Made by a program: the position numbers and the translations under genes | Origin: Anaerolineales bacterium | GTDB taxonomy: Bacteria > Chloroflexota > Anaerolineae > Anaerolineales > RBG-16-64-43 | Assembly (NCBI GenBank): GCA_034430775.1 | Contig: DAOUDU010000081.1 | Span: 19,063 to 83,062 of the forward strand | Direction of reading: 5' to 3' | Length of the DNA stretch: 64,000 nucleotides | The notes under the pieces: generated by a model | Seen by the model: only the letters and a program-made list of their open reading frames with translations | Told to the model about the DNA's origin: nothing | The model's database searches: none | Shown: positions 38,934 to 48,662 of the stretch, piece by piece | How positions within the stretch are numbered: the stretch's first letter is position 1 | How the letters are laid out: every line of letters begins with the position of its first letter

Positions 38934-39062
38934 CTATAAACCGCCGCCCGCCACTCCCCAACCGATCAATCCGCCGATCAGGAGAAGAAGAAAAAGGGTA
39001 AACACCAAGCTGGCCCCGACGATGACTCCCGCTGGAATGATAGCCCACAACCAAGGGCTCAT
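38934..39062 (-). CDS. Possible small hydrophobic protein (42 aa), not in the ORF track
   Basis: MSPWLWAIIPAGVIVGASLVFTLFLLLLIGGLIGWGVAGGGL. The frame stays open ~35 codons further upstream, so the start is uncertain. Confidence 0.35.
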   Translation of the reverse strand: MSPWLWAIIPAGVIVGASLVFTLFLLLLIGGLIGWGVAGGGL

Positions 39063-39249
39063 CCCTAATTGCGTCCGGTACGGATCGACACCCTGCGGCA
39101 GCCGGTAATCGTTCCAGCGGGCACTGACCAGGCGTTTAAAGCAGATGCGTGTGTTCTCGCCTCCGGACTATCCCGTTTATAAAAACCACTGATGGGCTTG
39201 GCCGTCTTCCTTTGCGAGAATCCTGTCTATCGGTTTCCTCTCCGCCCTG

Positions 39250-39588
39250 TTACGGCCGTAGAATCAGCATCATGAAGAGTATGCTGGCAATAACCGTTCC
39301 GATAAAAATAATCGCGGGAGACGGATTATTCTCTTCGACGGATTCCCTGCGGATGTCGGTGAGCGAATGGAAACCGAGCAGCTTCAGGAGAGTCCAGACC
39401 ATTACTCCGGAGACAAGCGCGACCAGCGGCCCCCAGAAGGCAACCATGCTAAGGTACTTCGGCAGCAACCCGACAAAGGCCTGCCAGCTGGCCGGCGCCG
39501 CAACGTACGAAACGGCCTGCCCAAGCACAATCAGTCCGAGAAGAAGCGCGAGCACAGCCCAATAACCTTTCGAAAGCCACTGCTTCAT
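39250..39588 (-). CDS. Small membrane protein, DUF350-like
   Basis: Three TM helices. C-terminal ESVEENNPSPAIIFIG..IASIL resembles DUF350 ends. SD AAGGAGG before the ATG at 39588. Confidence 0.6.
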   Translation of the reverse strand: MKQWLSKGYWAVLALLLGLIVLGQAVSYVAAPASWQAFVGLLPKYLSMVAFWGPLVALVSGVMVWTLLKLLGFHSLTDIRRESVEENNPSPAIIFIGTVIASILFMMLILRP

Positions 39589-39623
39589 GAGACCTCCTTT
39601 GAAAGATGAAGCCCTCTCCTCTG

Positions 39624-39662
39624 TCCTCCCCCGTTTGGCGAAATCTACCAAACGGGGGAGGA
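39624..39662. repeat. REP-like hairpin inside an operon
   Basis: TCCTCCCCCGTTTGG / CCAAACGGGGGAGGA, 15-bp arms with longer pyrimidine/purine flanks. Confidence 0.65.
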
Positions 39663-39674
39663 GGAAGGAGGGGG

Positions 39675-40463
39675 TTAAGCCGGTTTAATGTCTTCTTCTT
39701 TTAGCTGATACCCGATCCAGGCGCAATCTTCGCCGCCGCCGCCCTCATAATCCTCCAAAACCAGGGCGCGGCCGCCGTCGCCGCTGGCATGAATAAAACG
39801 GCCGATGCCGCCGCTGCGAGCGTGAAGGGTGGCGCCCTCGACCGAGAAAATCTGGAATTTGCCGATGTCGTCGATCTTCCATGACGCCGGCGGATAGGCG
39901 AAATACACCGCCGCCGTCTGGTCGCTCTGGGCGAATTTCTTCGCGTGCGGCGCGAAATCGCGCGCGATCTCCGCATCCGAAAGCGGATCGTTCGTATCCA
40001 ACAGGTAGAACCGGTTCAGCCAGTTCAGGAGCAGCATCTCGCCGTCCAACCAGAAGCCGGCGAATTGGTTGCCGGTCGGCACCCACGGACTTTGCGCAGA
40101 ACGGGTCTGCTGCCATAGCTCGTTGTAAAGAATCCGGCCAAGGACATGGACGGTCAACTCGCCCTTGACCGGGTGCGGGACCTTAATGCGCTGGCCGACC
40201 TTTATCCCGGTGAGTTTTTGTAAGACAGGTTCCATGGATTTCCCTCCCTTGTGATCGGACGAGGAGACCAACCGCTGGACGTCGGTATCGTTGGGCGAGA
40301 GAATCCTCGGCTCCGCTTGTTGCGGCGATGCTTTGCGATTGGGGGTAATCGGGGAAACAGGCGTATAACCCTGGGTGGTTTGCCGGCGCGGTTCCGGAGT
40401 AAAGAGCACCACCAGACCGATGACGAAAAAAATGACCGCGATAAAAAAGAGACACACAGACAT
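39675..40463 (-). CDS. Membrane-anchored DUF4178-like protein
   Basis: N-terminal TM and Pro linker, then IKVGQRI...VLGRILYNE and a C-terminal G.ALVLEDY...IGYQL.EEDIKPA pattern. SD GGAGG overlaps the upstream stop. Confidence 0.6.
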   Translation of the reverse strand: MSVCLFFIAVIFFVIGLVVLFTPEPRRQTTQGYTPVSPITPNRKASPQQAEPRILSPNDTDVQRLVSSSDHKGGKSMEPVLQKLTGIKVGQRIKVPHPVKGELTVHVLGRILYNELWQQTRSAQSPWVPTGNQFAGFWLDGEMLLLNWLNRFYLLDTNDPLSDAEIARDFAPHAKKFAQSDQTAAVYFAYPPASWKIDDIGKFQIFSVEGATLHARSGGIGRFIHASGDGGRALVLEDYEGGGGEDCAWIGYQLKEEDIKPA

Positions 40464-40472
40464 GCCGCCTCC

Positions 40473-40829
40473 TTACCAGGACCCGCTGTCGGATCCACCG
40501 CTGTCGCCCCAACTGCCGCTGTCGGAGCCTCCGGAATCCCATGATCCGCTGTCGGAGCCGCCCCAATCCCACGAACCGCTGTCGGAACCTCCGGAATCCC
40601 ATGAGCCGCTGTCGGAGCCTCCGGAATCCCACCAAGAGTCGCTGCCGCTGTCCCCCGAGTCATTGAACCATCCGCCGCCTGTATCACCACTGCTCCACCA
40701 GGAACCGCCGCCACTTCCGCCGCCGGAGGAGCCTCCGGAGATGTCCCCTGTGGCAGCGCAGATGGCCGAAATGATGCAAAAGAAAATTGCGACAGCGAAG
40801 AAAGGCGCAGCCCGTCCAAGGCGATGCAT
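40473..40829 (-). CDS. Exported Gly/Ser/Asp/Trp-repeat protein (118 aa; 5 x DSGGSDSGSW)
   Basis: SD GGAGG before the ATG at 40829, hydrophobic N-terminus, 30-bp tandem repeats, stop TAA embedded in the next SD (TAAGGAGG). Confidence 0.65.
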   Translation of the reverse strand: MHRLGRAAPFFAVAIFFCIISAICAATGDISGGSSGGGSGGGSWWSSGDTGGGWFNDSGDSGSDSWWDSGGSDSGSWDSGGSDSGSWDWGGSDSGSWDSGGSDSGSWGDSGGSDSGSW

Positions 40830-40874
40830 TTCCAACCTCCTGCCCCGCCGGAACATGCGGAGCGGCAAGTTATT

Positions 40875-43319
40875 TTACAACAACGTCACCGGATCCACAT
40901 CCGCCTGTGCCCCTTCCGGCAGGGGAAGCTCGATCAGCGCGCCCGGGGACGGCCCGCGCAGGACAATCTGCCACCGGAAGCGGCCGCCGATTTTTTCGAA
41001 GAAGCATGGGACCGGTCCGGTCAGCGAGGTTTCGACGAGTCCCTGTTCCACGATCCGCGCGCGGAGGGTTCCCGCCATCGCTTCGGCGCGCTCCCGGGCG
41101 ACGGATTCATTCGTATGGACGAAAAGCAAACGGGCCAGGTTCTGGAAAGGCGGGTAGCCGAGCGCCCGGCGGTGGCCCGTTTCCATTCGCGCAAAGGCGG
41201 GGAAATCGTGCGCCGCGGCGCACGTCAACGCATAATGGTCCGGAAGATACGTTTGCAGGACGACTTTTCCGGGCTGCGCCGCGCGTCCGGCGCGCCCCGC
41301 CACCTGCCCGAGTACCTGGAAGATCCGCTCCGGCGAGCGGTAATCCGGCAGGAGCAGGCCGAGCTCGGCCAGGATAATCCCAACCAGCGTAACATGCGGC
41401 AGGTCCAATCCCTTGGCGATCATTTGGGTCCCGATCAGAACATCCGCACGGTGCGAAGCAAAATGCTCGAGGAGGATATCATGCTCACCCGCCTCCTCCA
41501 CCGCATCCCGGTCCCAGCGCAGGGTACGCGCACCGGGAAAGAGACGCTGCACCTCAGCCTCGACCTGGCGCGTGCCTGTTCCCAGCGGACGGATCGCGGT
41601 ACTCGCACAGTTCGGACATCGGACGGGGATCCCGCGCCGGTAACTGCAGTGATGGCACAGGAGGATCTCGCCATGGCTCGTGAGCGGGAGGGAACAACGC
41701 GGGCACGCCACCGGTTTGCCGCAGGAGCGGCACACAACGGCCGAAGCCATGCCGCGACGGTTTAGGAATAGGATGGCCTGTTCCTTGCGTTCCAGGCAGT
41801 CCTTAAGCGCGGCGTGGAGCGACCGGCTGAACATCGATCGATTCCCTGCGCGCAGTTCCTGGCGCATATCGACGATTTCCACCGGGGGCAGTTGCGGCGG
41901 CCGGCCGTCCGGCATCGCCGCCGCAACCCTGCGGGTCAGCCTGGCCAGTGTGATCTTTCCGTTTTCCGCAAGGTGATACGTGACAAGATCCGGCGTGGCC
42001 GATCCGAGGATGCAAACCGCCTTAAGCGTGCGCGCATATTCCCAAGCCGTCTCGCGCGCATGGTAAAAGGGGGCGGAGCCGGCTTTATAGGAAGCATCGT
42101 GTTCCTCGTCCAGAACGATCAATCCAACGTCCGGCAGCGGTGAAAACAGCGCGCTGCGCGGTCCAAGCACCACATCCAGATTCCCGGCGCGGGCCCGCCG
42201 CCAGACATCGTAGCGCTCGCCTTGTGAGAGCCTGCTGTGCACCAGCCCGAGCCGGCCCGGGAAGCGCGACCCGAAACGCTGGACCATCTGCGGGGTAAGG
42301 GCGATCTCCGGGACCAGCACGATCGCCTGACGGCCGCGCGCCGCCGTTTCGGCCGCCGCCCGCAAGTACACCTCGGTTTTTCCCGATCCGGTGATCCCGA
42401 ATAAGAGGAATCGCTCGGCGCGCCGCGGTTCAAGCGCCGAGACCATCATGCGCAACACGGCATTCTGCTCGCCGGTCAGGAGCGGCGGTTCGGCGGCGGA
42501 AAAACTCCTGCCCGAAAGCGGATCGCGCATGGTCTCTTCGTACACAAGATCCAACCATCCCGCCTCCGCCAGCCATTTCACGTCCCCGAGCTTGGCATTC
42601 GACGACGCATAGACCCATTCCACCGCGAGCGGCTTCCCTTCGTCGAGGAGCGCTTCCAGGATACGCGCGCGACGCTGCGCCGCGGGCCTGCGGGCGGGGG
42701 AAATGCCCTCCGGTTGAAGCGAAGCGATGACCGCTTCCGCCTCGCGGCGGGAAACGGCCAGCTGGACCATCCGGATTTTCTTCGGCCGGACGGAAGGCGG
42801 CGGCAGGACGCTGCACCGGCGGACGACTCCCGAACGCACCAGGCGACCGGCTTCGCGTTCCCATTCCACAGGGCCAAACGCCGCCCGGAGCTGGCCGGTC
42901 CGTAGTACTCCGCGTTCGCGCAGGAGCTTAATCAGCCGCTGTTGAACCGGTTTCTCCGGACGGTAGCTTTCATCCGCGAGTTCGTACAACCCTTCGGCGT
43001 GCCGGGCCAGACCCGGCGGGAGCATTGCCGAAAGGCAGGAATCCAGAGTCGCCCTGTAATAGTTGGCCATCCATTTTGCCAAATGTAATTGGAAGGACGT
43101 GAGCACGGGCAGCGGATCGAGAATCTCTTCAACCGCGCGGGTTACCGGGACTTCCGGACGCAAAATAGAGCCCATTACAACGCCCTGAACTTTTTGCGAA
43201 CCGAAAGGGACGACCACCAGATTCCCCTGAACCACATTCTCCATTCCGTCGGGCAGATGGTAATGGAAGATCGATTTGGCGGAAGGAGCCAGTGGAGCAA
43301 TTTCGAGGAAGGTTGTCAT
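40875..43319 (-). CDS. priA: Primosomal protein N'
   Basis: GITGSGKTEVY, LVPEIALT, DEEH, GSATP, CxxC x4 zinc region, GTQMIAKGLD, QVAGRAGR. Confidence 0.96.
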   Translation of the reverse strand: MTTFLEIAPLAPSAKSIFHYHLPDGMENVVQGNLVVVPFGSQKVQGVVMGSILRPEVPVTRAVEEILDPLPVLTSFQLHLAKWMANYYRATLDSCLSAMLPPGLARHAEGLYELADESYRPEKPVQQRLIKLLRERGVLRTGQLRAAFGPVEWEREAGRLVRSGVVRRCSVLPPPSVRPKKIRMVQLAVSRREAEAVIASLQPEGISPARRPAAQRRARILEALLDEGKPLAVEWVYASSNAKLGDVKWLAEAGWLDLVYEETMRDPLSGRSFSAAEPPLLTGEQNAVLRMMVSALEPRRAERFLLFGITGSGKTEVYLRAAAETAARGRQAIVLVPEIALTPQMVQRFGSRFPGRLGLVHSRLSQGERYDVWRRARAGNLDVVLGPRSALFSPLPDVGLIVLDEEHDASYKAGSAPFYHARETAWEYARTLKAVCILGSATPDLVTYHLAENGKITLARLTRRVAAAMPDGRPPQLPPVEIVDMRQELRAGNRSMFSRSLHAALKDCLERKEQAILFLNRRGMASAVVCRSCGKPVACPRCSLPLTSHGEILLCHHCSYRRGIPVRCPNCASTAIRPLGTGTRQVEAEVQRLFPGARTLRWDRDAVEEAGEHDILLEHFASHRADVLIGTQMIAKGLDLPHVTLVGIILAELGLLLPDYRSPERIFQVLGQVAGRAGRAAQPGKVVLQTYLPDHYALTCAAAHDFPAFARMETGHRRALGYPPFQNLARLLFVHTNESVARERAEAMAGTLRARIVEQGLVETSLTGPVPCFFEKIGGRFRWQIVLRGPSPGALIELPLPEGAQADVDPVTLL

Positions 43320-44155
43320 GCGGCGCCATGACGCCAGATGGCCGCCGCGCCGTACCCAACGACGGAGGATCTGTCTCCGGTCACATCGCCGGAATTGGCG
43401 TAGGCCACCGGAGTGACGAGGTTTGCGCCGAGCTCCTTGGCGGCCCAGAGGACAGCCGCGATAGCCGCGCGCCCGCAGGCAAAGGCGGCGTTCTCATCCT
43501 CAGCGTGGATAACCGCCAGGGGATCGAAAGCGGCGATCCGCCGCATCATTTCCGAATCCAATCCGCGTGCGGTCGCATCCGGATTAAAGTGCGAGAGGTC
43601 GCTGCTTCCGACCAGCAACGCCTTCCTTCCGGCCAGCACTTCGGCCAGCGCCGATCCGAGCATCTGCGCGGTGGATTCCTGCTGATCGAGGATCATCACC
43701 GGCAGTAAACGGAATTCGCCGAGCACGCGCTGGAGGAACGGCAGCTCGATCTCCAGCGAATGCTCGCGGTCGTTGCGGAGTGGAAACAGGAGCGGGCCGG
43801 ACCGTTTTTCCAGCGCGGCGTTGAGCGCCCGGACCGCCTGGGTGTCCACCGGGATCGTTCCCAGCGGGGTTTGATAAGCATCGTGGCCGCTGGTTGCAAG
43901 CCGATCCGGAGCGAGCGTATGCATGGGGGAAACAACCGCAACGATCTCCGGAACCAACCCGCGCATCAACCGGAAGGCCTTGGCGGCGACCGCACCTGAA
44001 TAGCGGTGCCCCGCGTGCGGGACGATCACCCCCATGAGTTCGCCGGAAGGCACCGCAGGCTCGGCGGCATTTAGAAAACCATCCAATTGTTCGGCCAGCG
44101 CATCGGGATTTGCGGAGTACCAAGTGCCACTGATGGGAGAGGGTCTGATATCCAC
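43316..44155 (-). CDS. AmmeMemoRadiSam system protein B (MEMO1 family)
   Basis: GTWY, VPHAGHRYSG, YQTPLG, EHSLEIELPFLQ, SSDLSH, ACG, YANSGDV.GD.SSVVGY. Confidence 0.9.
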   Translation of the reverse strand: MDIRPSPISGTWYSANPDALAEQLDGFLNAAEPAVPSGELMGVIVPHAGHRYSGAVAAKAFRLMRGLVPEIVAVVSPMHTLAPDRLATSGHDAYQTPLGTIPVDTQAVRALNAALEKRSGPLLFPLRNDREHSLEIELPFLQRVLGEFRLLPVMILDQQESTAQMLGSALAEVLAGRKALLVGSSDLSHFNPDATARGLDSEMMRRIAAFDPLAVIHAEDENAAFACGRAAIAAVLWAAKELGANLVTPVAYANSGDVTGDRSSVVGYGAAAIWRHGAA

Positions 44156-44197
44156 GGGGAATACCTTCCGATAACCGCCCGGAGAACCGGAGTTGCG

Positions 44198-44398
44198 TCA
44201 GAACGGGAGCTCGATTTTGTTGAAAAGAAACAGGACGGCGAAACTGAGGATACAGACGTCCATAAAAAGGAAGATTGAAAGGATCAATCGCTGCTGGGGC
44301 GCAAGCGATCCCACAACACCCTGCAACCGGACTTGGATCGGAACGGATTCTATCGGCGGAGTCTCTTCCGAATATCCCTCATGAGAAAAACCATCCAT
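44198..44398 (-). CDS. Small membrane protein (66 aa)
   Basis: Strong SD AGGAGGAGG, acidic N-terminus, single C-terminal hydrophobic helix. Confidence 0.6.
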   Translation of the reverse strand: MDGFSHEGYSEETPPIESVPIQVRLQGVVGSLAPQQRLILSIFLFMDVCILSFAVLFLFNKIELPF

Positions 44399-44522
44399 GC
44401 CGGAACCTCCTCCTAAGCTCTTGTATTGTACTCAAGAGACGAATATGACACAAATTATCCGAATACTTGGCTGGAATTTGACTTCGCATATCCTTCTATG
44501 CTAGTATGATAAAAGTCTTGAA

Positions 44523-45269
44523 ATGATGCGGTTTTCCCAAGTGCATACTCCATACCGCCCACTTCGACTGAACGTTGGTTTCCTCCTCAGCCAAACGGCA
44601 GGGTACGGCCGGCAATTCGACTTCCGCGAAGATAAAATAAATTTAGGGGGAGATCTGCAGGTTGAAACATTCTCCGGCCGCGTTGTTCTCGGCCGCACGC
44701 CGCAGGGGATCGTTGCCCGGGGCGATTTCAGCGCGCTGATTCCCGCCGAATGCGCCCGTTGCTTGAAACCATTTGCCGCACCGGTCTCCCTCCATCTCGA
44801 AGACCTCTTCGTTTACCCGCCGCAAAATGCAACCGATCCGCTTTTAGCCGTGGGGGAGGACGCGCACTTGAACCTTGAGCCGCTCCTGCGCGAATACATC
44901 CTGATCCACCAGCCCACCCGGCCGTTGTGCCGTGAGGACTGCAAGGGATTGTGCACGGTATGCGGCGTGGATCTCAATGAAGAAGCGGGGCATCATCATG
45001 AAGAAGAACCGGCGGCCGTATTCCCCGGATGGATTCTGCTTAAGACGGAATCAAAAAAGGAAGAAACCCCGGTTAAGCCAGCTGTGAAGAAAATGGCAGT
45101 CAAGGCGCCGCATGCGAAATCCGCAAAAGCCCCTTTGGTGAAAAAGAAAACGCCAAAGAAAAAACCCGCGGCCAAGGCGCAGCGCCCGCAAACCAAGGGA
45201 GGGAAGAAGACCACCGCCGTAAAAAAGAAGGCAACCGGCGGGAAGAAAAAGAAAACCCAAAAGCCATAG
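44523..45269 (+). CDS. YceD/DUF177 family protein with a Lys-rich histone-like C-terminal tail
   Basis: CARCL, P...LC.EDCKGLC.VCG.DLN motifs, followed by about 70 aa of K/A/P/T. Confidence 0.85.
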   Translation: MMRFSQVHTPYRPLRLNVGFLLSQTAGYGRQFDFREDKINLGGDLQVETFSGRVVLGRTPQGIVARGDFSALIPAECARCLKPFAAPVSLHLEDLFVYPPQNATDPLLAVGEDAHLNLEPLLREYILIHQPTRPLCREDCKGLCTVCGVDLNEEAGHHHEEEPAAVFPGWILLKTESKKEETPVKPAVKKMAVKAPHAKSAKAPLVKKKTPKKKPAAKAQRPQTKGGKKTTAVKKKATGGKKKKTQKP

Positions 45270-45473
45270 GCAGAAACGCAAACCGTACCAAACCCCCGGC
45301 GAGGGTTTTGGCACCCGGGCATCTTCACCCGGAGAGTATCCCTCTCCCGGAGAAGCCCACAAGACTGAACTCGTACTCGGGCGTGAAGGCATCGTTCCCA
45401 TCATTCCAGCCAACCGGAGAAACGAAAGCCGTCCTGCCCCCATGCACGACCTTCCTGTTAAGGAGAGAGCCGC

Positions 45474-46649
45474 ATGGAGCGTGAATGGCGAAACCGAGAA
45501 CAAGTTGCAGATCTACTGGAACAAGCGGAGTTCCAGGGGTACATCACCACCGACGATATCCTCGAGGCGTTTCCCAACGCCGCCAAGCGCGCCGGTGAAT
45601 ATCACCGTGTGCTGACCTATCTCCACAGCGCCGGCGTCGAGATTTGCGAAACCGGCCTCAACGGCCCGGTCCGGCCGGCGCCGCGACGTGCCGCCGCCAG
45701 CAAAGAGAGCGACCTGGGGCGGATCTCCATCGAAGATACGGTGGGGTTGTATCTTAAGGAGATGTCGCGTGTTCCCCTTCTGACCACTCAGGAGGAAGTC
45801 GCGCTGGCGCGCCGGATCGAGCAGGGCCGGGAAGCCACCCAAAAGTTGCGCGCGAAGCGCAAGACCCGCGAAGTGTCCTCCCTTACCACCCAACAACGCA
45901 CTCAAATAGAAAGCCGCATCCTCGACGGCTTGGCCGCGCGCGAGCATTTGATCAAGGCCAACACCCGCCTGGTGGTCAGCGTCGCGAAGCGCTACATGGG
46001 GCGCGGCGTTAATTTCCTGGATCTGATCCAGGAGGGGAACCTTGGTTTGATGAAGGCGGTGGAGAAGTTCGATTATCACCGCGGCTTCCGGTTTTCCACC
46101 TACGCGACGTGGTGGATCCGGCAGACCATCTCACGCGCCATCGCCGATCAAAGCCGGACGATCCGGGTTCCCGTCCACATGACCGACCGCATCCAGCGGC
46201 TCTATCGCACGGCGCATGACATCGAACAGCGCACCGGGCGCAAAGCGACCTCGGAGGAGATCGGGCAGATCATGGGACTGGACGAACGCAAGGTGGATTG
46301 GATGCTGCAGGTCTCGTGGCGCCCGGTGTCGCTGGAAAACCCGATCGGGGATGAGGACGAGGAGATGATCACATTCGTCGAGGATACGCTCACCCCCTCG
46401 CCCACCGAAAGCGTAAGCGAACAGCTGCTGCGCGAGAAGGTGGAAGAAGTCCTGGGAACGCTTACCCCGCGCGAGGCGCGCGTCCTGCGGATGCGGTTCG
46501 GGTTATGCGGCGAGCGGCCGTACACGCTCGAGGAAGTCGGTCAGAAGTTCGGGCTGACTCGTGAACGCATCCGCCAGATCGAAGGGCGTGCGTTGCGGCG
46601 GCTGCGGCATCCGCGGCGGGCCCGTCAATTGCAGGAATACATACAGTAG
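45474..46649 (+). CDS. Primary-type sigma-70 factor (RpoD/SigA-like, with region 1.1)
   Basis: [41 protein letters not shown]...[32 protein letters not shown]. Confidence 0.93.
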   Translation: MEREWRNREQVADLLEQAEFQGYITTDDILEAFPNAAKRAGEYHRVLTYLHSAGVEICETGLNGPVRPAPRRAAASKESDLGRISIEDTVGLYLKEMSRVPLLTTQEEVALARRIEQGREATQKLRAKRKTREVSSLTTQQRTQIESRILDGLAAREHLIKANTRLVVSVAKRYMGRGVNFLDLIQEGNLGLMKAVEKFDYHRGFRFSTYATWWIRQTISRAIADQSRTIRVPVHMTDRIQRLYRTAHDIEQRTGRKATSEEIGQIMGLDERKVDWMLQVSWRPVSLENPIGDEDEEMITFVEDTLTPSPTESVSEQLLREKVEEVLGTLTPREARVLRMRFGLCGERPYTLEEVGQKFGLTRERIRQIEGRALRRLRHPRRARQLQEYIQ

Positions 46650-46694
46650 GTTTCACCTCCTTCTGCCAAGGTAATTTGGCGGTGGGCAGCAGCC

Positions 46695-48047
46695 ATGATC
46701 CGATTAACGCGAAAAGTTTTTTTTGACCTCGCCATATGGATGATCGCTTTCGGGATGTCCATTGGATTGATTTTTCCAATCTTTTCCATACTTCTGGGTA
46801 TCCCCACCCATTATGTCTTAACGCCACTTTTCTTTTTTGCGTGCGTTATTGCAGGGATCATCGTCGGGGCGGTCAACATCAGTCTTGCCAGGACGGTGGT
46901 CGGCACCAGGCTTCGGCTCCTTTCCGACCGGATGCAACTGGTCGCTACAAATTTACGGGAGATGGTCCGGGGGGATGATTTTGCCAAATACACGCCGTAA
47001 AATTGTCACATCAAGATTGATTCCGAGGATGAAATCGGCGAGAGTGCGCTATCCTTCAACAACCTGGTGCAAACCCTCGCCACCTCTGTAGAGACCGAAA
47101 CCGCCATCCGGACTTTTACGGAACTGCTTACCAGCCAATTGGAAGTGGACGTATTAACCGCCCAAGCGATGCCAAAACTGATCCAATATACAAACGCCGG
47201 CGCAGGCGCTCTTCCGGTGGAGAATGATGGAGAGTTGACCATTGCCGTTTCTCAGGGGATCCGGTCTCCGTAAACCCTCATAAAAAGCGATCAGGTTAAT
47301 CACGAATTGCGGACAGAAAAAGGGGAAATTGTTCTCTTGCCGGAGAACATCATTCTGGAAGGGGTACTGACAGAATTTCGCCCCCGCGAAGTCCTCATCG
47401 AATCTATCTTTTACCGTGAGATAGTACTCGGCGTGGTGGTGCTTGCAAAAAGCACTCCGTTCCTATCCGAGGATAAGATCCGATTGGAGCTCTTCCGCAA
47501 GGGTCTCGGGTTGGCGCTTCAAAACGCCTTGATCTACGACCGCTTGCAGCGATTGGCCGCACTCGATCCCCTGACCGGCGTCTACAATCGCCGTTTTGGT
47601 TTGGCCCGTCTGCATGAGGAATTCGGCCGCGCGGTCCGAATCAACGTCCCTTTGGGGATCTTCATGTTCGATCTGGATCATTTTAAGCAGGTCAACGATA
47701 CCTATGGCCACTTAATTGGAGACCGGGTGCTTGCCAGAATTGCCAAGATAACCCGCTCCGTCTTGCGCGATGGGGATATCCTAATGTGCTATGGCGGTGA
47801 GGAGTTTCTGGCGATATTACCCGCCGCCGCCAAGGAGGATGCGGGACAAGTCGCCGAACGATTCCGCCGCAAAGTGGTGGAGATGCAATTCGTGGAAGGC
47901 GAGGAGAGTTTGCATATTACCGTCAGTGTGGGCGTCGCCGCCTATCCGGAGGTTGGGATTAATGATGAGATGGAATTAATCCGTTTGGCGGATAAAGCCC
48001 TGTATACGGCAAAAGGATCCGGCCGTAATCGCGTGGTCATTACGTAA
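46695..48047 (+). pseudogene. 2TM-HAMP-GAF-GGDEF diguanylate cyclase interrupted by two in-frame TAA codons
   Basis: One reading frame from 46695 to 48047 with TAA at 46998-47000 and 47271-47273. Intervening codons are open (DEIGESALSFNNL). DPLTG.YNRR, MFDLDHFKQVNDTYGH, RDGD, GGEEF. Confidence 0.8.
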
Positions 48048-48230
48048 CGGATTGGGAACTTTTTTCAGAAATCTGGAATTAATACAAGATATCTGCAAGG
48101 GATTAAACTAATTCCGCCGGGCTCGTCACACGATTAACCCGGATGCCGCCACTTCAATTGCATCCCCGTGCACAATGGTTTATCCTGTAATTCCAAAGAT
48201 AATTTTATCCCGTCAATAAAGGCGTCGGAT

Positions 48231-48662
48231 ATGAAAACCCCACCGAAACCCTCCAAAGCAATGGATGCTTATATCAAGACTTTCCCCAAAGACATTCAAG
48301 TCATTCTGAACAAAGTACGGGCAACTATACGGAAAGCGGCGCCGGATGCCGAGGAAACGATTAAGTATCGACTGGCGACGTTCACCTTAAATGGGAACCT
48401 CGTGCACTTCGGCGCATTTAAAAACCATATCGGGTTTTACCCGACCCCGAGCGGAACGGCAACCTTCAGGAATGCATTAGCGCCATATGTTTTCACCAAG
48501 GGGTCCATCCATTTTCCCCTGGATCAGCCGATCCCGTATGATCTGATCGCAAGCATCGTGGAGTTCCGGGTGAAGGAGAATCAGACAAAAGCGGCGCGGA
48601 AAATAAAAGGCAGGAAAAAAACGGATCACCTCAGCCGAATGCGCGGATCCAGTATCCCATAG
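48231..48662 (+). CDS. DUF1801 (YdhG-like) protein
   Basis: DAYI..FP.D.Q.IL..VRATI..AAPDAEETI.Y, HFGAFKNHIGFYPTP, KGSI.FPLDQPIPYDLI..IV.FRV.EN. Confidence 0.85.
   Translation: MKTPPKPSKAMDAYIKTFPKDIQVILNKVRATIRKAAPDAEETIKYRLATFTLNGNLVHFGAFKNHIGFYPTPSGTATFRNALAPYVFTKGSIHFPLDQPIPYDLIASIVEFRVKENQTKAARKIKGRKKTDHLSRMRGSSIP

Noticed and set aside
40480-40640. 30-bp direct repeats as a CRISPR array
   Set aside because: The repeats are contiguous with no unique spacers, keep a reading frame (10-aa units), and no cas genes are present.
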